Assembly (NCBI RefSeq): GCF_001194135.2
Contig: NC_068990.1
Coordinates: forward strand, 70,466,720 to 70,530,719
Reading direction: 5' to 3'
Length of the DNA: 64,000 bases
DNA from: Octopus bimaculoides
Taxonomy: Eukaryota
How positions within the stretch are numbered: position 1 is the stretch's first letter; each line of letters opens with the position of its first letter. Made by a program: the position numbers and the translations under genes. This document shows positions 34,647 through 48,822 of the stretch, one piece after another. Below the pieces are notes generated by a model that had not been told where the DNA came from, searched no databases, and was given only the letters and a program-made list of their open reading frames with translations.

Positions 34647-34817
34647 TATAACAAATGAGAGAGAAAATGGAATGCATGGGTCCCATGTGGGTGAGATTCT
34701 GGACAACATTGTCCAGAATCTCACCCACATGGGACCTATGCATGATGGGTTGAAACAATCATTGTGATTAATAAAGAATCTTGTGAAATCCATTTTCTCT
34801 TTCTCTCATTTGTTATA
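34647..34817. repeat. Palindrome: 35-bp near-perfect inner stem plus outer arms
   Basis: 34672-34706 pairs with 34709-34743 (one G-T mismatch); 34647-34670 pairs with about 34789-34817. Confidence 0.9.
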
Positions 34818-37800
34818 AAGATGTGTGTGTGTGCACATATATATTTTAGATTTTTCTTAATTGCTGATGTTTGATGTAGATAATGTTATTGAAGTGGAGG
34901 AGTTGCTGCAGATGAAGACATTGTGATCAATATAAAAGAATACGATAAAAACATCTTATATTTCATAAGAACATATTCTATCAAATTCAATAGATTCCTG
35001 TAGATTGCATACAAACAGTGTTTTCTTCTTTTATCGCATGTAGTTGTTGTTTGTTTGTTAAGATGTTCTCATATCTAAAGCCTTCAGGTGATTAACAATA
35101 ATGAGGGTGTATTTATGAATAACAGAAATAGTTTTGATAAGATTTTCTCTGAGTGTGTGGTTTTTTTTTTTTTTAAATTTTATAAATGAAGTTACTTTTG
35201 TGATTATGAAGGCACCTATTTTTAATCTGTCTGTTTCTTATCTATCTCTAGAAATTAATATTTACCTGTTTAGTAAATTAGAAAAGTAGAATTGAATTTG
35301 TTATTTCTTATTACTATTTTATGTAGGAAATTAAATGAAAATGTGTCAATGACCACATGAGAGATAGCTATGCATGCAGATAATGTAACGTGTGTGTGTG
35401 TATGTGTGTTCATATAGGCCTCTGTAGGTGCACATGTGGCTGTGTGGTAAGAAGTTTGCTTCCCAACCACAAGGCTCTGGGTTCAAGGAAGGGATTTAGT
35501 TGATTTCATTGACCCCAGTGTTCAACTGGTACTTATTTTATCAACTCTGAAAGAATGAAAGGCAAAGCCAACCATGGCAGAATTTGAACTCAGAATGTGA
35601 AAATGGATGAAATGCCACTAAGCATTTTGCCCAGTGTGCTAACGATTCTCTGGCTTACAACATCATGTCTTAGAATTGGAAGAGATGAAAAACTTAGAAG
35701 ACTGTCAGGGTATTATTCTACCAACAGTTACTGTTTTGTTGTTGTCTTTTTTTTTTATTTTTGAATTGAAAAAATAATTTTTTTAAAAATGGAATGTGAG
35801 GTGACAGGTAAAATCCCCTGTTGTATTATTGATTTACATTTTTTTTATTGATCCCACTGTATGGGTAAATGACAAGCTCAACCCAAGAGATTTGAACTAA
35901 GAAACCTGAAGTAACAAAGTAGATTATTCCAAGGAATCTACTTCAGCTGTTGGCCATCTGAGATGATTAATCATAAATAACTGAATAACAAACAGGCTGA
36001 TAAAATTTGGTGGTGGTAGTGGTAGTAGGAGGGGGTGGCAGTAGGTGAAGAGTGACATTTTATGTGTGTGTGTGTTGGTTTTACATTCATGTTTAGATGT
36101 GAGAGAGAGGAGTGTATGTGTAAAGGGGACTTGATATCACTGTTAATTTAGTCTGTCTGTTATTAAGAGATTACTGGATAATCTCTGTTGTTTACTTTGT
36201 GAACAAATAGTCTTATTGACTGAAAGATATTTGAGGGTATTGTAGTAGTTGTGTGTGTGCGTGTACATGCACACTCATGAAAACATGTATGTACAGACAC
36301 ATGCACTTGCACACACTCTCATCTATTTTTACCCCACCCCTTTTTATCTATACATGCACATTCTCATACAAGCATATATACACTCATGCTTTCTCTACAC
36401 ACACTCTTACTGTCATTCATATGCACTTATACATGAATATATATTTGAACTTCCCATGCACGCATATACATATGCTTTCTTATGGACTCTTAGGCAACTC
36501 ACATATGCTTTCTTATATATACACACCCATACATGCATGCACTTCTACAAACACACACACACGCATGTGTTTTCATATATCTCCTCCTGTATTTTTTACC
36601 CTCTTATAACCCACTTGCAACTTACACAGTGCTTGACACACTTTTTCAGAAAGTGTTTATGTGACTCTCATTTCTTTTAATGAAGAGTTGTAGTCTGAAT
36701 TAAATTCAATATCAACAGCTTTAGTATTTCTGAAAAACTTGATAAACTTGAATTCTCTTTTCAACAATTTTCTCTTAAAAGCAAATATTTTCAAGTAAAT
36801 CCATTGTCACTGATGCATGCATGCATGGCTGTATGGTTAAGAAGTTTGCTTCACAACCACATGGTTTCAGGTTCATTCCCACCATACAGAACTTTGGGAA
36901 AGTATTTCTACCATAGTATTAGCTTGAGCACTGTATTATGAATACAAATAATTTAGTAGACAGAAATTATGTAGACATTTATAAATATAATTAGGTAAAT
37001 GGGAATAACACATATCTATATTAGCTGTACACACTCTGTCCTTCAAATATTTTATATTTCCAAAATTCAACAACTCTACTCCTGACATGTACTGAGGACA
37101 ATAAAAATAAGTACCAGCTTTGTGCTGGGGATAATAAAGTAAAGTACCAATCAACTATTTGCCTCCATGTGTCTTACTCCATCCCACCTTCTGCAGCTAC
37201 AATTTCAGGCCTTGTGCCTACATTAGGAACACTTAAACAAAACTATGAAATCGTAAGACAATAAAAGCATGGCTTCTGTTTGTCTGTGTTTTCACCCTAT
37301 TACTCCAAGACTGGATATTTCTAGTTTGAACTGTTGAAGTATTTGCAATATACTCTGGTTAATGGCCTGTGTTGTGTGGTACCTTCTGAAAATAGTCTAA
37401 TTCATTCTTGGAATGGCTTAAAGAGCACATCAACAAGCCAAGCTAAGCATGTAAGTGTGTATGTATGTATGTTTGTGCATGTGTGTTGTAGGTAAATGTA
37501 TAGAGGAGGAAGAAGATGATAGTCATTTTATGTGAAGGAGGTGGAGTAGGGTGTTAAATGTGCTGATTCAACAACAGCTGTGAGCAAGCATTTATACCTT
37601 AACTGTAAGAGGAACCGACAGTGAGTGGGGGTGGAGTTAAATGTATAGGGATAGGGAGAAATGAGAGAGAAGCACAGAGGATTACAGGATACTGAGGAAA
37701 ATAGGCTAATCCTGTTGTGATAAGATTATGTAGGATTAATGGATTAATGTCTCATCTAAGATCCAGTAAATCTTTTGAATAGAGTTAAAATGGAAGTAGT

Positions 37801-38094
37801 TGCTGTGATTATTGGAAAGGGTTTACAGTTTTTCAAGTCATTTAACAGTGTCATGAGGGAAAAAAGGGACAAATTTTATTGCTGTCATTTGAGGGAATTT
37901 TAGAACTGTGTATGGAATAGGGGTAAAAGAGGCAGTGATGCAGGATAACATTGATACTGTAGAGAGGGAATACTTGGGTACCACTGTAGACGAGGTACTT
38001 GGATAGTATAGAATGTCAGTAAGGTGGAGAAAGGAGGTTTTCAATGAAGGATTTAATAGAGTTTGTGTGGACTTTCAGATAATGTAGGATATGG

Positions 38095-38520
38095 GGCACA
38101 AGCATGACTGTATGGCAAGAAGTTTGCTTCCCAGCCACATGGTTTCGGGTTCAGTCCCACTGTGTGGCACCTTGGGCAAGTGTCTCACTGTGTGGAACCT
38201 TGAGCAAATGTCTTCTACTACAACCTTGGGCTGACCAAAGCTTTGTGAGTTGATTCGATAGCCACAAACTGAAAGAAGACAATCATATATATATATGTGT
38301 GTGTGTATGTTTGTTTCCCATCACTGCCTGACAACTGGTGTTGGTGTGCTTATGTTCTCGTAACTTAGTGTTTCAGCAAAGAAACCAATAGAATAAGTAT
38401 CAGGCTTCAAAAGAAAATGAGTACTGGGGTCAGATAATTTGACGAAAATTCTTAAGGTGGTGCTCCAGCAAGCTGAAGTCTAAAGACTGAAACAAGTAAA
38501 AGGTAAAAGATAAAAGATAG
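38095..38520 (+). mobile_element. SINE family B, full length, with a duplicated CORE segment
   Basis: CACTGTGTGGCACCTTGGGCAAGTGTCT is tandemly repeated at about 38158-38215; both halves present. Confidence 0.8.
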
Positions 38521-40530
38521 TTCAGTATTGTGGAATCTTGAGTTGGCGGTTAAATGTACTGTGTAGCCTATCAGTTAGGGTGTTAGACTCATGATTATGA
38601 GGTCATAGGTTCAGATCTCAAACCAGGCATGACAAATTGTATCCTTGAGCAAAGTACTTCAATTCATATTGCTTTATTTAGTCTGCTGTGCAAGAAATAA
38701 GTACCAGCCGGTTCCTTGGGTAGCCTCTCTCCCCCTCCTGCAGTGATATCCTCAGTGTTCCACTGGATCAAAGGAGGACCAACAAGATGTCAATGTCTGC
38801 TCACAACTACAGAGGCAAACAATTTGCAAAAGCATTACTGATATTTCCAGCTCATACTTGCTTGCAAGTGATGGCCCTGGTTACTGGGAAAGAGTAGAAA
38901 TATTGAGGGAGTTGTGGGATAGTTTTTGGTAGTGAAATTATATGAGACAATACAGGGGTATGTTATAAAGTGTTGAGTATAAAACTATTTATTGTACAGT
39001 AAATAAGTTGCTGCTATGAGTGTTTTAGGGGGTAACCAAAGTCTGAGGTATGAAAAATACTCAGGGAGTTGCAAAGGTAGGAAGAGATGTTGATCTATTA
39101 TAGTTGTTAGAAGGCTTTCTCAAGACATTGACTTGGTGTTGTTGTTTGATGAGACTCTTCAGACTGATTTGTTATTGTTGATTGATAAGATTTTCCAATC
39201 AAAGATATTCTAGCCATCACAATTCACCTGCTCTCGTTCTTTTTTATAATTTTTTTAAAGAATAGTATATCTAAGATTACATTATACATGTCCTTTTCTT
39301 TTAATATGATGAATTAAGAGTTGAGAGTGATTTGGCTGCCACTTCTAGCAGATTGAAAGACTTGTAGTTGTTCCCTCCATTAACTCATATCCCTTGTTTT
39401 AGATGTTGACTCTTTTTTAAGCAGTTTATGCAGGATCACATTAAATCTCAGTAAGTACTTGGGTCAAAATTTTTGACTAAACCCTCTGAGGCAATATCTC
39501 AGCATGGCATAATAATTTTTGTTTTCTTGTTTGGTTGTGAATAGAAGATGGGTTGTTTTGCTTGTTCTTGTTGTTGTTGTGGTGGTGGTGGTGATGTAAC
39601 TCCCAGCTGAGTTTTAATTGAACTAGTAGAATTGATTGCCTTTATTAGCAACTCCAATGACCACCACCATGTAGGATGGTGGTGGTAGTGGTGGTTATAT
39701 GTGGCTTCCATAGGTTTTTGTAGGTGGGAGGTCTTGAGTTCAGCAGTTTGACATTGCCAGCTACAGAAACACTTATCAGTTCAATAGAACCCCACCCACC
39801 CACACTGCCTCCTAGTCTTATATTACAAAGTTCACCCCAGAATGAAAAGAAGGATTTCCTATTAGTTTTGGCCTATCTTTTGTATCCTTGCTGTTAATAA
39901 CTTCACACCAAGCCACACAGACAGGCAATAGAGAAGGACTAAACACCACATTCATTGCTGCCTCCTCCACCCCTTCCTCTTCTTATTGTCTATTTTTGCC
40001 ATATCTAACCATTGTCTTTCCCTTTCTAGCTTTCTCTTTCTGTACCTCTCATGCCTCTTGTCCCAGTTTGCTTGCAGGAACACACAAACATGTAAACACA
40101 CTCATTTACAAACACTGTACAAATCTCTCTCTCTCTCTCTCTCTCTGTGCCTCACATAATATATGATCTTCTCCCACCCCTTGTCATTACCTGACTCTTG
40201 CCTCTAATACAACTATTACACACACACACACACACTAATTACTGTATTATTTTCGCAGTGTGAAACTATGTTTTGGACTGGTGTGCTGTCCTAGGTTTGA
40301 TCTACTTATGTTAAATGGGTAATTTTACCAGGTTTAAATGTCTAAAGTGTGTGTGTTTGATGGAGGAGAGGAAGAAGAAAAGAAAGAGAGAGAAATAAGG
40401 AAGGAAGTTAGAGATTGAAAAAATGTTTTTAAAAAAAGTAGACACAGCATGAGAGACAGAGAATGAAAGAGTGATGTGAATTTACCAACTAGCTGAATAT
40501 TTTTGTATTTAAATGTAATTTATTGACAAG

Positions 40531-40577
<47 letters not shown>

Positions 40578-41046
40578 GTCTTTGGTGCCATATTATGTTT
40601 GACATGAGTCCTTGTATGTGTTTGTGTGTTGAGATGTGTTCTATGTGGTCATATGAACTTCTATTTGGCTGTTTAAAGACTGCTGAAATAGCAGCAGCAG
40701 CAGAAATGGCAGGAATACCAATGGATATAAACACACCCTTTCTCTCTCTCTCCCTAATAAAGAGATGTCCAATGGACACATCTTTTACTTGTTTCAGTCA
40801 TTAGACTTTGGCCGTGCTGGGGGACAATCTGGAGGACTTTTTAGATGAATGAATCAACCCCAATGCTATTTTTTTAAAGCTTGGCACTTACTCTGTTAGT
40901 TGCTTTTGGCAAACTGCTAAGTTATGGAGTTGTAAACACTCCAGTACCGGTTGTCAAGTGGGGATGGTGGTAGGGACAAATACAGACATAAAGACACTTA
41001 CACACACATAGATATTACCTAATTCTATTGGATCCTGAAAATTATA

Positions 41047-41839
41047 TGATGAGGTACCCAAAAGAAACCGGAAATGTTTTCTGTGGGATAAGCCCATTGT
41101 AGTTCAGGCTTTTGCCACTAGAGGCCACTTGATGCAACTCTCAGACATCAGTCTGCCAACCAGTGACATTGACTGGAATCATACTGCCATGTGATGCATC
41201 TTTGTTTTGCAATGCTTCTCCCCTGTTCATCGATTTTTGTGATGGCTGAAATTAAAGGAACAGTGTTCTTCCATAAAATTCTGTTTCCTGCCAGGGAAAA
41301 TGGTAGCCAAAAGAGTTATCATGCTTCAAACAGCTTGCAAGGATGCTGCTCTGAGCAAAAACACAAGTTTAAGAGTGGTTTTCATGCTTTAGGAATGGTC
41401 ACTTGTCACTTGAGTACTAACCTCATCCAGAATGGCCGTTGACTCCTGAACGAATGAAAACATCATGAAAATTCATGAACTGATCTTGGAGGACCATCAC
41501 CAAACAATTGACGATCTTGTTGATATGACTGGTGTGTCCTGGAGCTCCTGCCAACGAATTTTGAGTGAGGAATTGTGAATGAAAAGAGTTGCAACAAAAT
41601 TTGTGCCTCACTTGCTCATGGAAGATCAAAAACAGTCACAACTGAATGAGTGTCACAAACTGAAAGAACAGTTGGAAGTTGATCTGGACCTTTTCTTGAA
41701 GGTCATCACTGGTAATGAAAGCTAGTGCTACGGAATTTGCAGATGTGGAAGAGGTGAAGAAAAAAAATCAATGGAGGCATTAAAAGGCATCACTTAGCAA
41801 GAGTTCCAGCACTGCTTTGAATAGTTGAAAACATGCCTG
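41047..41839 (+). mobile_element. Defective mariner (left TIR, HTH region, internal deletion), ending at a gap
   Basis: TA|TGATGAGGTACCCAAAAGAAACCGGAA; peptides KRVATKFVPHLLMEDQKQ, FLKVITGNES, FADVEEVKKKSMEALKGIT. Confidence 0.8.
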
Positions 41840-41849
41840 NNNNNNNNNN

Positions 41850-41896
<47 letters not shown>

Positions 41897-42088
41897 TGAT
41901 GGGCTTCTTTCTGTTTCTATCTGCCAAGTCCACTTACAAGGCTTTAGTCGACCCAAGGCTAAAAGCACAAAACATTTGCCCAAGGTGCCACACAGTAGGA
42001 CTGGTTGGGAAGCGAGACTCTTACCACACAGCCATGCCTGCTTCTATATAAGGAGCAATTATGAAATAACTTTACACACACACACACA

Positions 42089-42970
42089 CATAGTATTCTG
42101 GCTAAAATTTTCATAAAAGGAAGACATAGTATCTCATCTTAAAATAAAATCATTTAAAAAAAAAGCAAAAAATATCAACTAGAGATACAGTTTATTCAAA
42201 ATAGCTGTCCTCAGCTTCAACCGTGGCCTCAAGACAGCTTTGTAACCTGGAATATGCATTCCTAACTCAATCCTTGGGAAGATCTTTGAACACCTCCTTG
42301 ATTTTGGCCACCAGCTCAGCCTTTGTGTTGCAAGCAGAGCAGTTGGTATATTTCTCAATTGTAACTCACACATAGCAATACATGGAATTACAGTCAGGGG
42401 AATTAGGAAACCAGAAACTGAAGGGAGTGATGTTGTAGAAATTCTCTCTGACAACTTCCTTTGACTCTTTCCAAAGGTATGGCAAAGAGCCAAATCCTGC
42501 CGCTATGCATTATGGCCTTCCATTAGCGACCCTCTCCAGTCAAAGTTTGACCACAGACTCCAGCAACTTCACATAGCCATGTGAATTGAGCCTAAGGCTC
42601 TGTCTGCAGTTGTTGGATGAATTGCAGCCTGTGGACGCAATCAGAATTCCTGCTGTATTCCTTTCCACTGGCCATGGCATCATAGTCTCTTGCAGCCATC
42701 CATGTCACATCTTACAGCCTTTACAGTGTTCAGAAAACATTGAGCAGCCATCATGATGTTGGCATTTTAATACCTGGTGCGAATCATCATGATACAGGTT
42801 ACTCTTTCCCAATATTCAGATGGCTTCCAGTCCCCCATGTCAGCTAACTTTTTCTCTGCTACAACTTTAATCTTTACGCTTTCCAACAGCCATGACTGTT
42901 CACCAATACATCAAGCTGTTCCTGATATAAAAGAGACATAAAAATCAACAAATTTAGCTCGAACACCCTG
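42089..42970 (-). mobile_element. Internally deleted maT/DD37D-like element, same family as 4307-5134
   Basis: TA|CAGGGTGTTCGAGCTAAATTTG TIR at 42970; collinear with 4307-5134 along its length. Confidence 0.8.
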
Positions 42971-42974
42971 TATG

Positions 42975-43310
42975 TATTATGGCCAGGCTAGGGCACTGTC
43001 TTGAAAGGTTTAGTCAAAAAAAAAAAAAAATCAGCCCTAGTATTTAGTCTCTTTTGCTAAACTGCTAAGTTACAGGGAACATAATCAAACCAACAATGGT
43101 TGTCAAGCAATGGTGGGTAACACACACGCACGCACGCACGCACACACACACACTCTAGGCTTTCACACAGTTTCTGACTATCAAATTCACTCACAAGGCA
43201 TTAGTTGGCCAGTGGCTATAGTAGAAGACACCCTAAGTGCTGCACAGTAGGACTGAACCTGAAACCACATGGTTGCAAAGATAGCTTCTTAACCACATAG
43301 CCATGCTTGT
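42975..43310 (-). mobile_element. SINE family B copy (further pieces near 33950-34070, 35420-35490, 36820-36970, 40780-41010, 41890-42045, 58640-58810, 59870-60020)
   Basis: Family B head, CORE-like and 3' segments. Confidence 0.75.
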
Positions 43311-44419
43311 CTGTCTGTCTGTCTGTCTGTGTATCTGCTTACTTGCCTGCCTGTTTGTATGTATGTATGTATGCATATTTCTTGTCCTGTTCACTTAACT
43401 GAGTGTTGGGCCTTATTTATTGGCTATGTGATTTGTGATGTTAACTAATACAAGTTGTCCTCACAGCTCAGCACGTTGCAGTGTTTATTGAAAATGTGTT
43501 GTATCTTGTTAATTGGCAGAATAGTTTGTTTTCTTAGCTGATTGTGTGGTGTGACTTGTTAACTAGGAATGTCGAACAAAACCCCATATAAGACAAAACT
43601 AGAAAAAAACACCTAAAGACAAAAAATTAAAAAAAACAAGCAATTTTTATATCATAATTTTTATTCTTAATATTTGTAGTTTATGAACACTTCTCTTAGG
43701 TGTAAATTAATACATTATATAATAACCCCAATTACAAAATGAGCATAATAAAAAGAGCATCATACCATATCTTTGAAAAATTAGAACAAACACAGTATTG
43801 AAAATATCATTAAGTGTTGAGGTTCATTCAAAGTTCACCTTGCTACAACCTGATGCTGTGCCCTGCACCATTCAGCAGTTCCTTCATTGTCGTCCTCTTG
43901 TTCACATAGTCTAGAGGTAGCTTTTATCCTAGGGGTGTTTTGTCTGGACCCTGTTAACTAGTGGTGTGCTGTGCCATGTTGATGATACTTGGGTATGTCC
44001 CATACCTAGGTTATCATCAGTATAATTCAGTATAACTCATTAACCTGTAGTATGTTTTGTTGCATGATCATTCATCATCCAATTAATTCTGTGTTGTAAT
44101 TAGTTGTTAATTTGTATGTAGATATACATTACACCTGGCTTATATTAGGGTTAGCTAACTACTAACATATTGGGGCCAGTTAGCTAAGAATCACTAAACT
44201 TCAAGAACCATTCTCTCATCATTGCAGTCTTCTGGAAGTGATTATGTAAAACTACAAAATAAAAATAATAATCACATGACCAGGCAGTCAAGACTTTTCT
44301 TCAACTACTTTCCTTTCGTTTTTTTTTTATCTTTTTATTTTTGAATTTTTTGAATGATTTATTCTAAAATTGTAAGACTAACTTGCTCACATCCCTCTCC
44401 TGCCACCACCATAACTCTG

Positions 44420-44680
44420 TTTTTATTCATAAGTTCTCTTTATTACAAACTCCTCCATCCATATTGCAACTACCCCTTTCTGTATTACAACTAACCTGCC
44501 CTCTGTATCACAGCTACCCACTCTGTATTATAATCAAACCCTCTCCATATTATCACCGCCTTTCCTTTTTGTTACCACTCATTCCCATCCCTATTACAAC
44601 TAACCCTCCTCCTATGTTACAGCTACCTCCCCCCATGTTACAACTGTCCCTCCCTCCATATTACAACTAACCCCTTACAT
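44420..44680. repeat. Degenerate minisatellite of roughly 20-23 bp units
   Basis: Recurrent TATTACAACTACCCC..C motifs, about 12 units. Confidence 0.75.
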
Positions 44681-46274
44681 GTTTCCCTCCCTTGTTTCAT
44701 TCTTTCACCAAAGTACCTCCACTGTTTCTCTTCTCAACTACATAAAAGAAGATGAGAAAAATCCTTGTCGCCCACCACCCCTCACCCTACATTTTCTTCA
44801 CTGGAACACATTGTTGTCAAGGCAACACTTTGGATGTTTTCAACTTAGGTATGTTTTACCCTAATTGCCAGATGCCTGGGGAGTGTAAGGGTGGAAGTGT
44901 TGATATTAAAATGATTACATATTAATCATTTAATACTGTTTTATTGTAGCAGTAACCCTATCATGTTACAGATTGTGTGGGAAATGCTTAAATTTCATTT
45001 ACTGCAAGGAATTTTTATTGTTACTGAAATGATAGGGTCCCCAAATATTATTATTTTATTATCATTGTTGTTGTTGTTGTTGCTGCTGCTGTTGTTGTTA
45101 TTACTTAGCTCGGTATCTATTTAAATAGTCCTTCATTCCTAAGCCTCCTTTAAAAAGCTGTTAAAAAAAGGTAAAAAAAATTGCACTTTATGAAATTAAA
45201 ATCACCATGAAATGTGTGCTTGTGTGTATATGAAAATATGAGTGCATTTGTGTGCCTGTCTGTATGTATGTCATACACATTAATTTATACTTGTGTGCAT
45301 AACATCTCCTGACAAGGGCTATCACAAGGCCGTGTGTTTGTCCTTTCTCTGAAAAATATGTAAAATGTAAAATATTTTATTTGGAAAAGGACAGATACTT
45401 CACAAGAAAGAGAGAGAGAGATGTACAACAAGCTACCTGAAGAGTATTTATGGTGAGGTATTTATGTTATGTGACAGGCTAAATGATAGCCAGCTCTCTT
45501 CCAGAAATTGTTGTTGTCACTATGTATCATGTGATGTGCTGTTAGTTGTATAAGATGTTTAACTCATGCAGAAAGCATCCTTGGGAAATATTCTCCAGTA
45601 TTTATGTAAATTAGTGCTGTTTATTTTATTTTAATTCCTTAACAGGATTATAATATTTAATTTGTTAACAAGCCTTACATTTAGATCTGTTTTTGCTTTA
45701 AATGGATTACAATAAGCCACCAACAGTTTGTGTTGTTTAATCCATATCAGATGTCTTTTCAATTAATATATCTTTGTATTAAACTTATAACATAGTTGTA
45801 ATGGTCCTAAAACAAGATTTTGGATTGTTGTTAAATAATCTCTGGTTAACTCTCTCTTCTATTTAAGCCTTAGAATGAAAACACTGGCATACTTTCTGCA
45901 TGAGAAACAAATAGTTAAGTGCAGGTTAATATATTTAGTGCAGTGAACCAGAACAAATGGTTTGCTAATTAAAATTACATTTATACTGAGTTGAGTGAAT
46001 TGGTATTAGAGGCATTAAAGCATCAGACAGAATACTTTGTGGTATTTGTTGTGACTCTCAACACTCTCAGTTCAAATCACACCTAGGTCAGCTTTTCCTT
46101 TCCTCTTTTCAGGGTCAATGATATAAAGTATCAATCCAAGGTAGGGACTTCATGGAATTAAAACAATGTGGGATCTAATACCTTGTGGTATTTGTTCCAG
46201 CTCTTGGCATTCTGAGTTCAATTCCCACCAGGGCCTACATAGATGGTAGACTTAACCTGTCCCCTACTTTAATA

Positions 46275-46905
46275 CTACCACCTGTAACCATGGGTACCTT
46301 TAGTGGGAATCCACTCTATTGCAGGCATTTGAGCCAGATTTCCAGTTTGAGGAGCCTTCTTTCCCCCTTCAATCTCATAATTCCTATAATCTGTCATAGA
46401 CACTGCCTCCCGCCTTCCTGACAAAAAGAAAAAAAAAGAAAATTATGAAAAGGTAAGGCAGAGAACTCTGAAATTTAAATTGATTAAAAATAAAATATTG
46501 TCATAGAATGGAGAATGAATCTGATGTTTGGTAGTCATGGTAACAACTCCAGGGTGTAGTGAAGTAGCCAATGAAATAAGAACTAAGTATGGAATTGACT
46601 CTGGCAGTTGCCTGTCTATATGTCAATACCTACCAGCACCACTAGATGTAGATAGAAAATATAAACAGTCCAACATCTCCATAGATTGTGTATCTTATGA
46701 TTCTGTTACTGCGATCAGTGACAGTCTTATAGTCATTATGAGATCTATTAAAATTTGGTGGTGTAGAAGAACAGTGTCTATGACCATTACAGGGACCCTG
46801 AAATTGATGGGATGGAAAGAGGCAAATATCCTGAAACTGGAGTCCTGGCTTCAATGTCTGCTGTGGAGTTCACTCCACTGAAGTTACTCAAGGAACCGAG
46901 GTGTG
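46275..46905. repeat. Old inverted repeat pair (arms about 140 bp, spacer about 350 bp)
   Basis: 46275-46415 aligns by eye to the reverse complement of 46765-46905 (e.g. GAGCCAGATTTCCAGTTTGAGG vs AAGCCAGGACTCCAGTTTCAGG; GTCATAGACACTG exact). Confidence 0.65.
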
Positions 46906-47218
46906 GTGTTCAAGCAGATAATAAAGTTGACTCTTCCAGTCAGTCATGATGGGATTTGAACTCAGAATACAAAGAACCACTAGAAATACAGGAAAGCAGC
47001 CTATCCACTATTCTCACATTTCAACCAGTTCACCACCACCTCCACCACCATCCTAAATTTGAGGAGGAGGTTTTGGTTAGTCCTATGTTCACTTGCTCTG
47101 AGAAACTCTAGAAAATATATATTCACCATCCTAGTTAACTTATTTTGATAAGGATATAGGTGTGTCAAAAGAAGAGTCAGGGTAAGACAGATGAAATAGA
47201 GAGAGTGAAGAAGAAGGA

Positions 47219-47289
<71 letters not shown>

Positions 47290-47619
47290 CTGCTATTGAT
47301 GGGCAGCTTGTCTGACACTGCCATACTGAAATATGAAATAGAAGTAGCATTAGTGTAATAATCATTATCAAACGTTGAGTGTTAAAAAAACCTGAAAGTC
47401 ATGGACAGGTCAGACAACTCACCTCAAATCCCACCCAGGAGTGATGGACATTAATATAAAAATGTAATACGACTTGACTTGCTATAAATACAAACCAAAT
47501 CTCCCTCAAGTCAGATTCTAAGAAAAGGAGGTTGACTTAAAGACAAATGACAAGGGTTGAAATACTTTTAATCAGAGATTGACTGAATCAAGCTGACCCT
47601 ACAAAAATTGTATGTCTTC

Positions 47620-48005
47620 TATCTATTACTTGTTTCAGACATTAAACAGCAACCGTGCTGGGGAACTGCCTTGAAGAATTTTAGTCGAATGAATCAATCC
47701 CAATATTTTTTTTCTTAAGTCTAATAGTTATTTTGTTGGTCTCTTTTACCAAACTAAGTAATGGGGACGTAAACAAACCAACACTGGTTGTCAAGTGGTA
47801 GAGGGGAACAGACTCAGACACAAAAACACACATATATACATATGTGTGCTGGGCTTCTTTCAGTTTCCATTTACCAAATCCACTCGCAAGGCTTTGGTTG
47901 GCTCAAGGCTATAGTAGAAGACACTTGCCCAAAGTGCCACACAGTGGGACTGAACCCAGGACCATGTAGTTATGAAGCAAGCTTCTTACCTCACGGTCAT
48001 GCCTT
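47620..48005 (-). mobile_element. SINE family B, full length
   Basis: Both halves around a short internal CA/TA tract. Confidence 0.8.
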
Positions 48006-48822
48006 GTATTTATACATACATTTGTTAACATATCCTGTTTCAATCCACCTTGCAATCCACACATTAGTTCATTTGTGCAACAAACAAAATATCAGGTATT
48101 TTCATTAAACTTGAAAGTTTAAATTACCTTGATAAAAATCTAATTGTATCACAGGAACAGTTTGCTCTTGCTGGAAAAATGGTTTGTAGAGCATTAACGG
48201 AAAAACAGGATGCCTCAGAAATATGCTTTATTATTACTGTTGTTGTTGTAGTGTGCTGATGAATAAATATGATACTTCAGAAGCATGCTTTATATTATTA
48301 TTATTGTTGTTGTTGTTATGTGTGAGATGCTGGAGCTGATACCGGAAGGCTGTCTTTATCTAAACAAGATCTGTTCTGAAATGTAGTGGAATATGTTCTT
48401 TTATTCCATTTCCTCCAGGGTCTACAAGTAAGATATTGGCTTGGCTCTTCCAACAAACACTCCTGTCTTAGAAAACAAGGTCTTGCACTTTGTCAAAGAA
48501 AAATGTCATCATGACATGCTCTTACTATTACTAGTACTGCCACTACCACCACTACATGTAAGGTTCCACAATTAAGTCAGAGAGCTTGCATGACCTGTTA
48601 GAAATAGCAGCCAAATCACCATCTAAATCACACCCTGCAGGCTTATAAAAAGGGCACATTTGGGAACACAATGCTGGATACACAGTCTAAAAATAAGAAA
48701 GGTTGGTTATGGCTGGAATGTCATTGTTCATATGTGTGTTGTTCCATCAGAACTGACCTGGGAACAAACAACAGCTATAGCCATACTTGTTTTAATGAAC
48801 TTTTACTGGTCAGGTGTGTAAA

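Noticed and set aside
43979-44080. C/D box snoRNA suggested by TGATGA
   Set aside because: No box D (CTGA) at a suitable distance; TGATGA is explained by the local hairpin.
46878-46919. LLKEPRCGVQAD resembling the MMP cysteine switch (PRCGxPD)
   Set aside because: Lies in an arm of a repeat; spacing to the upstream TGxL motif is wrong; no convincing splice sites or other MMP exons in the window.
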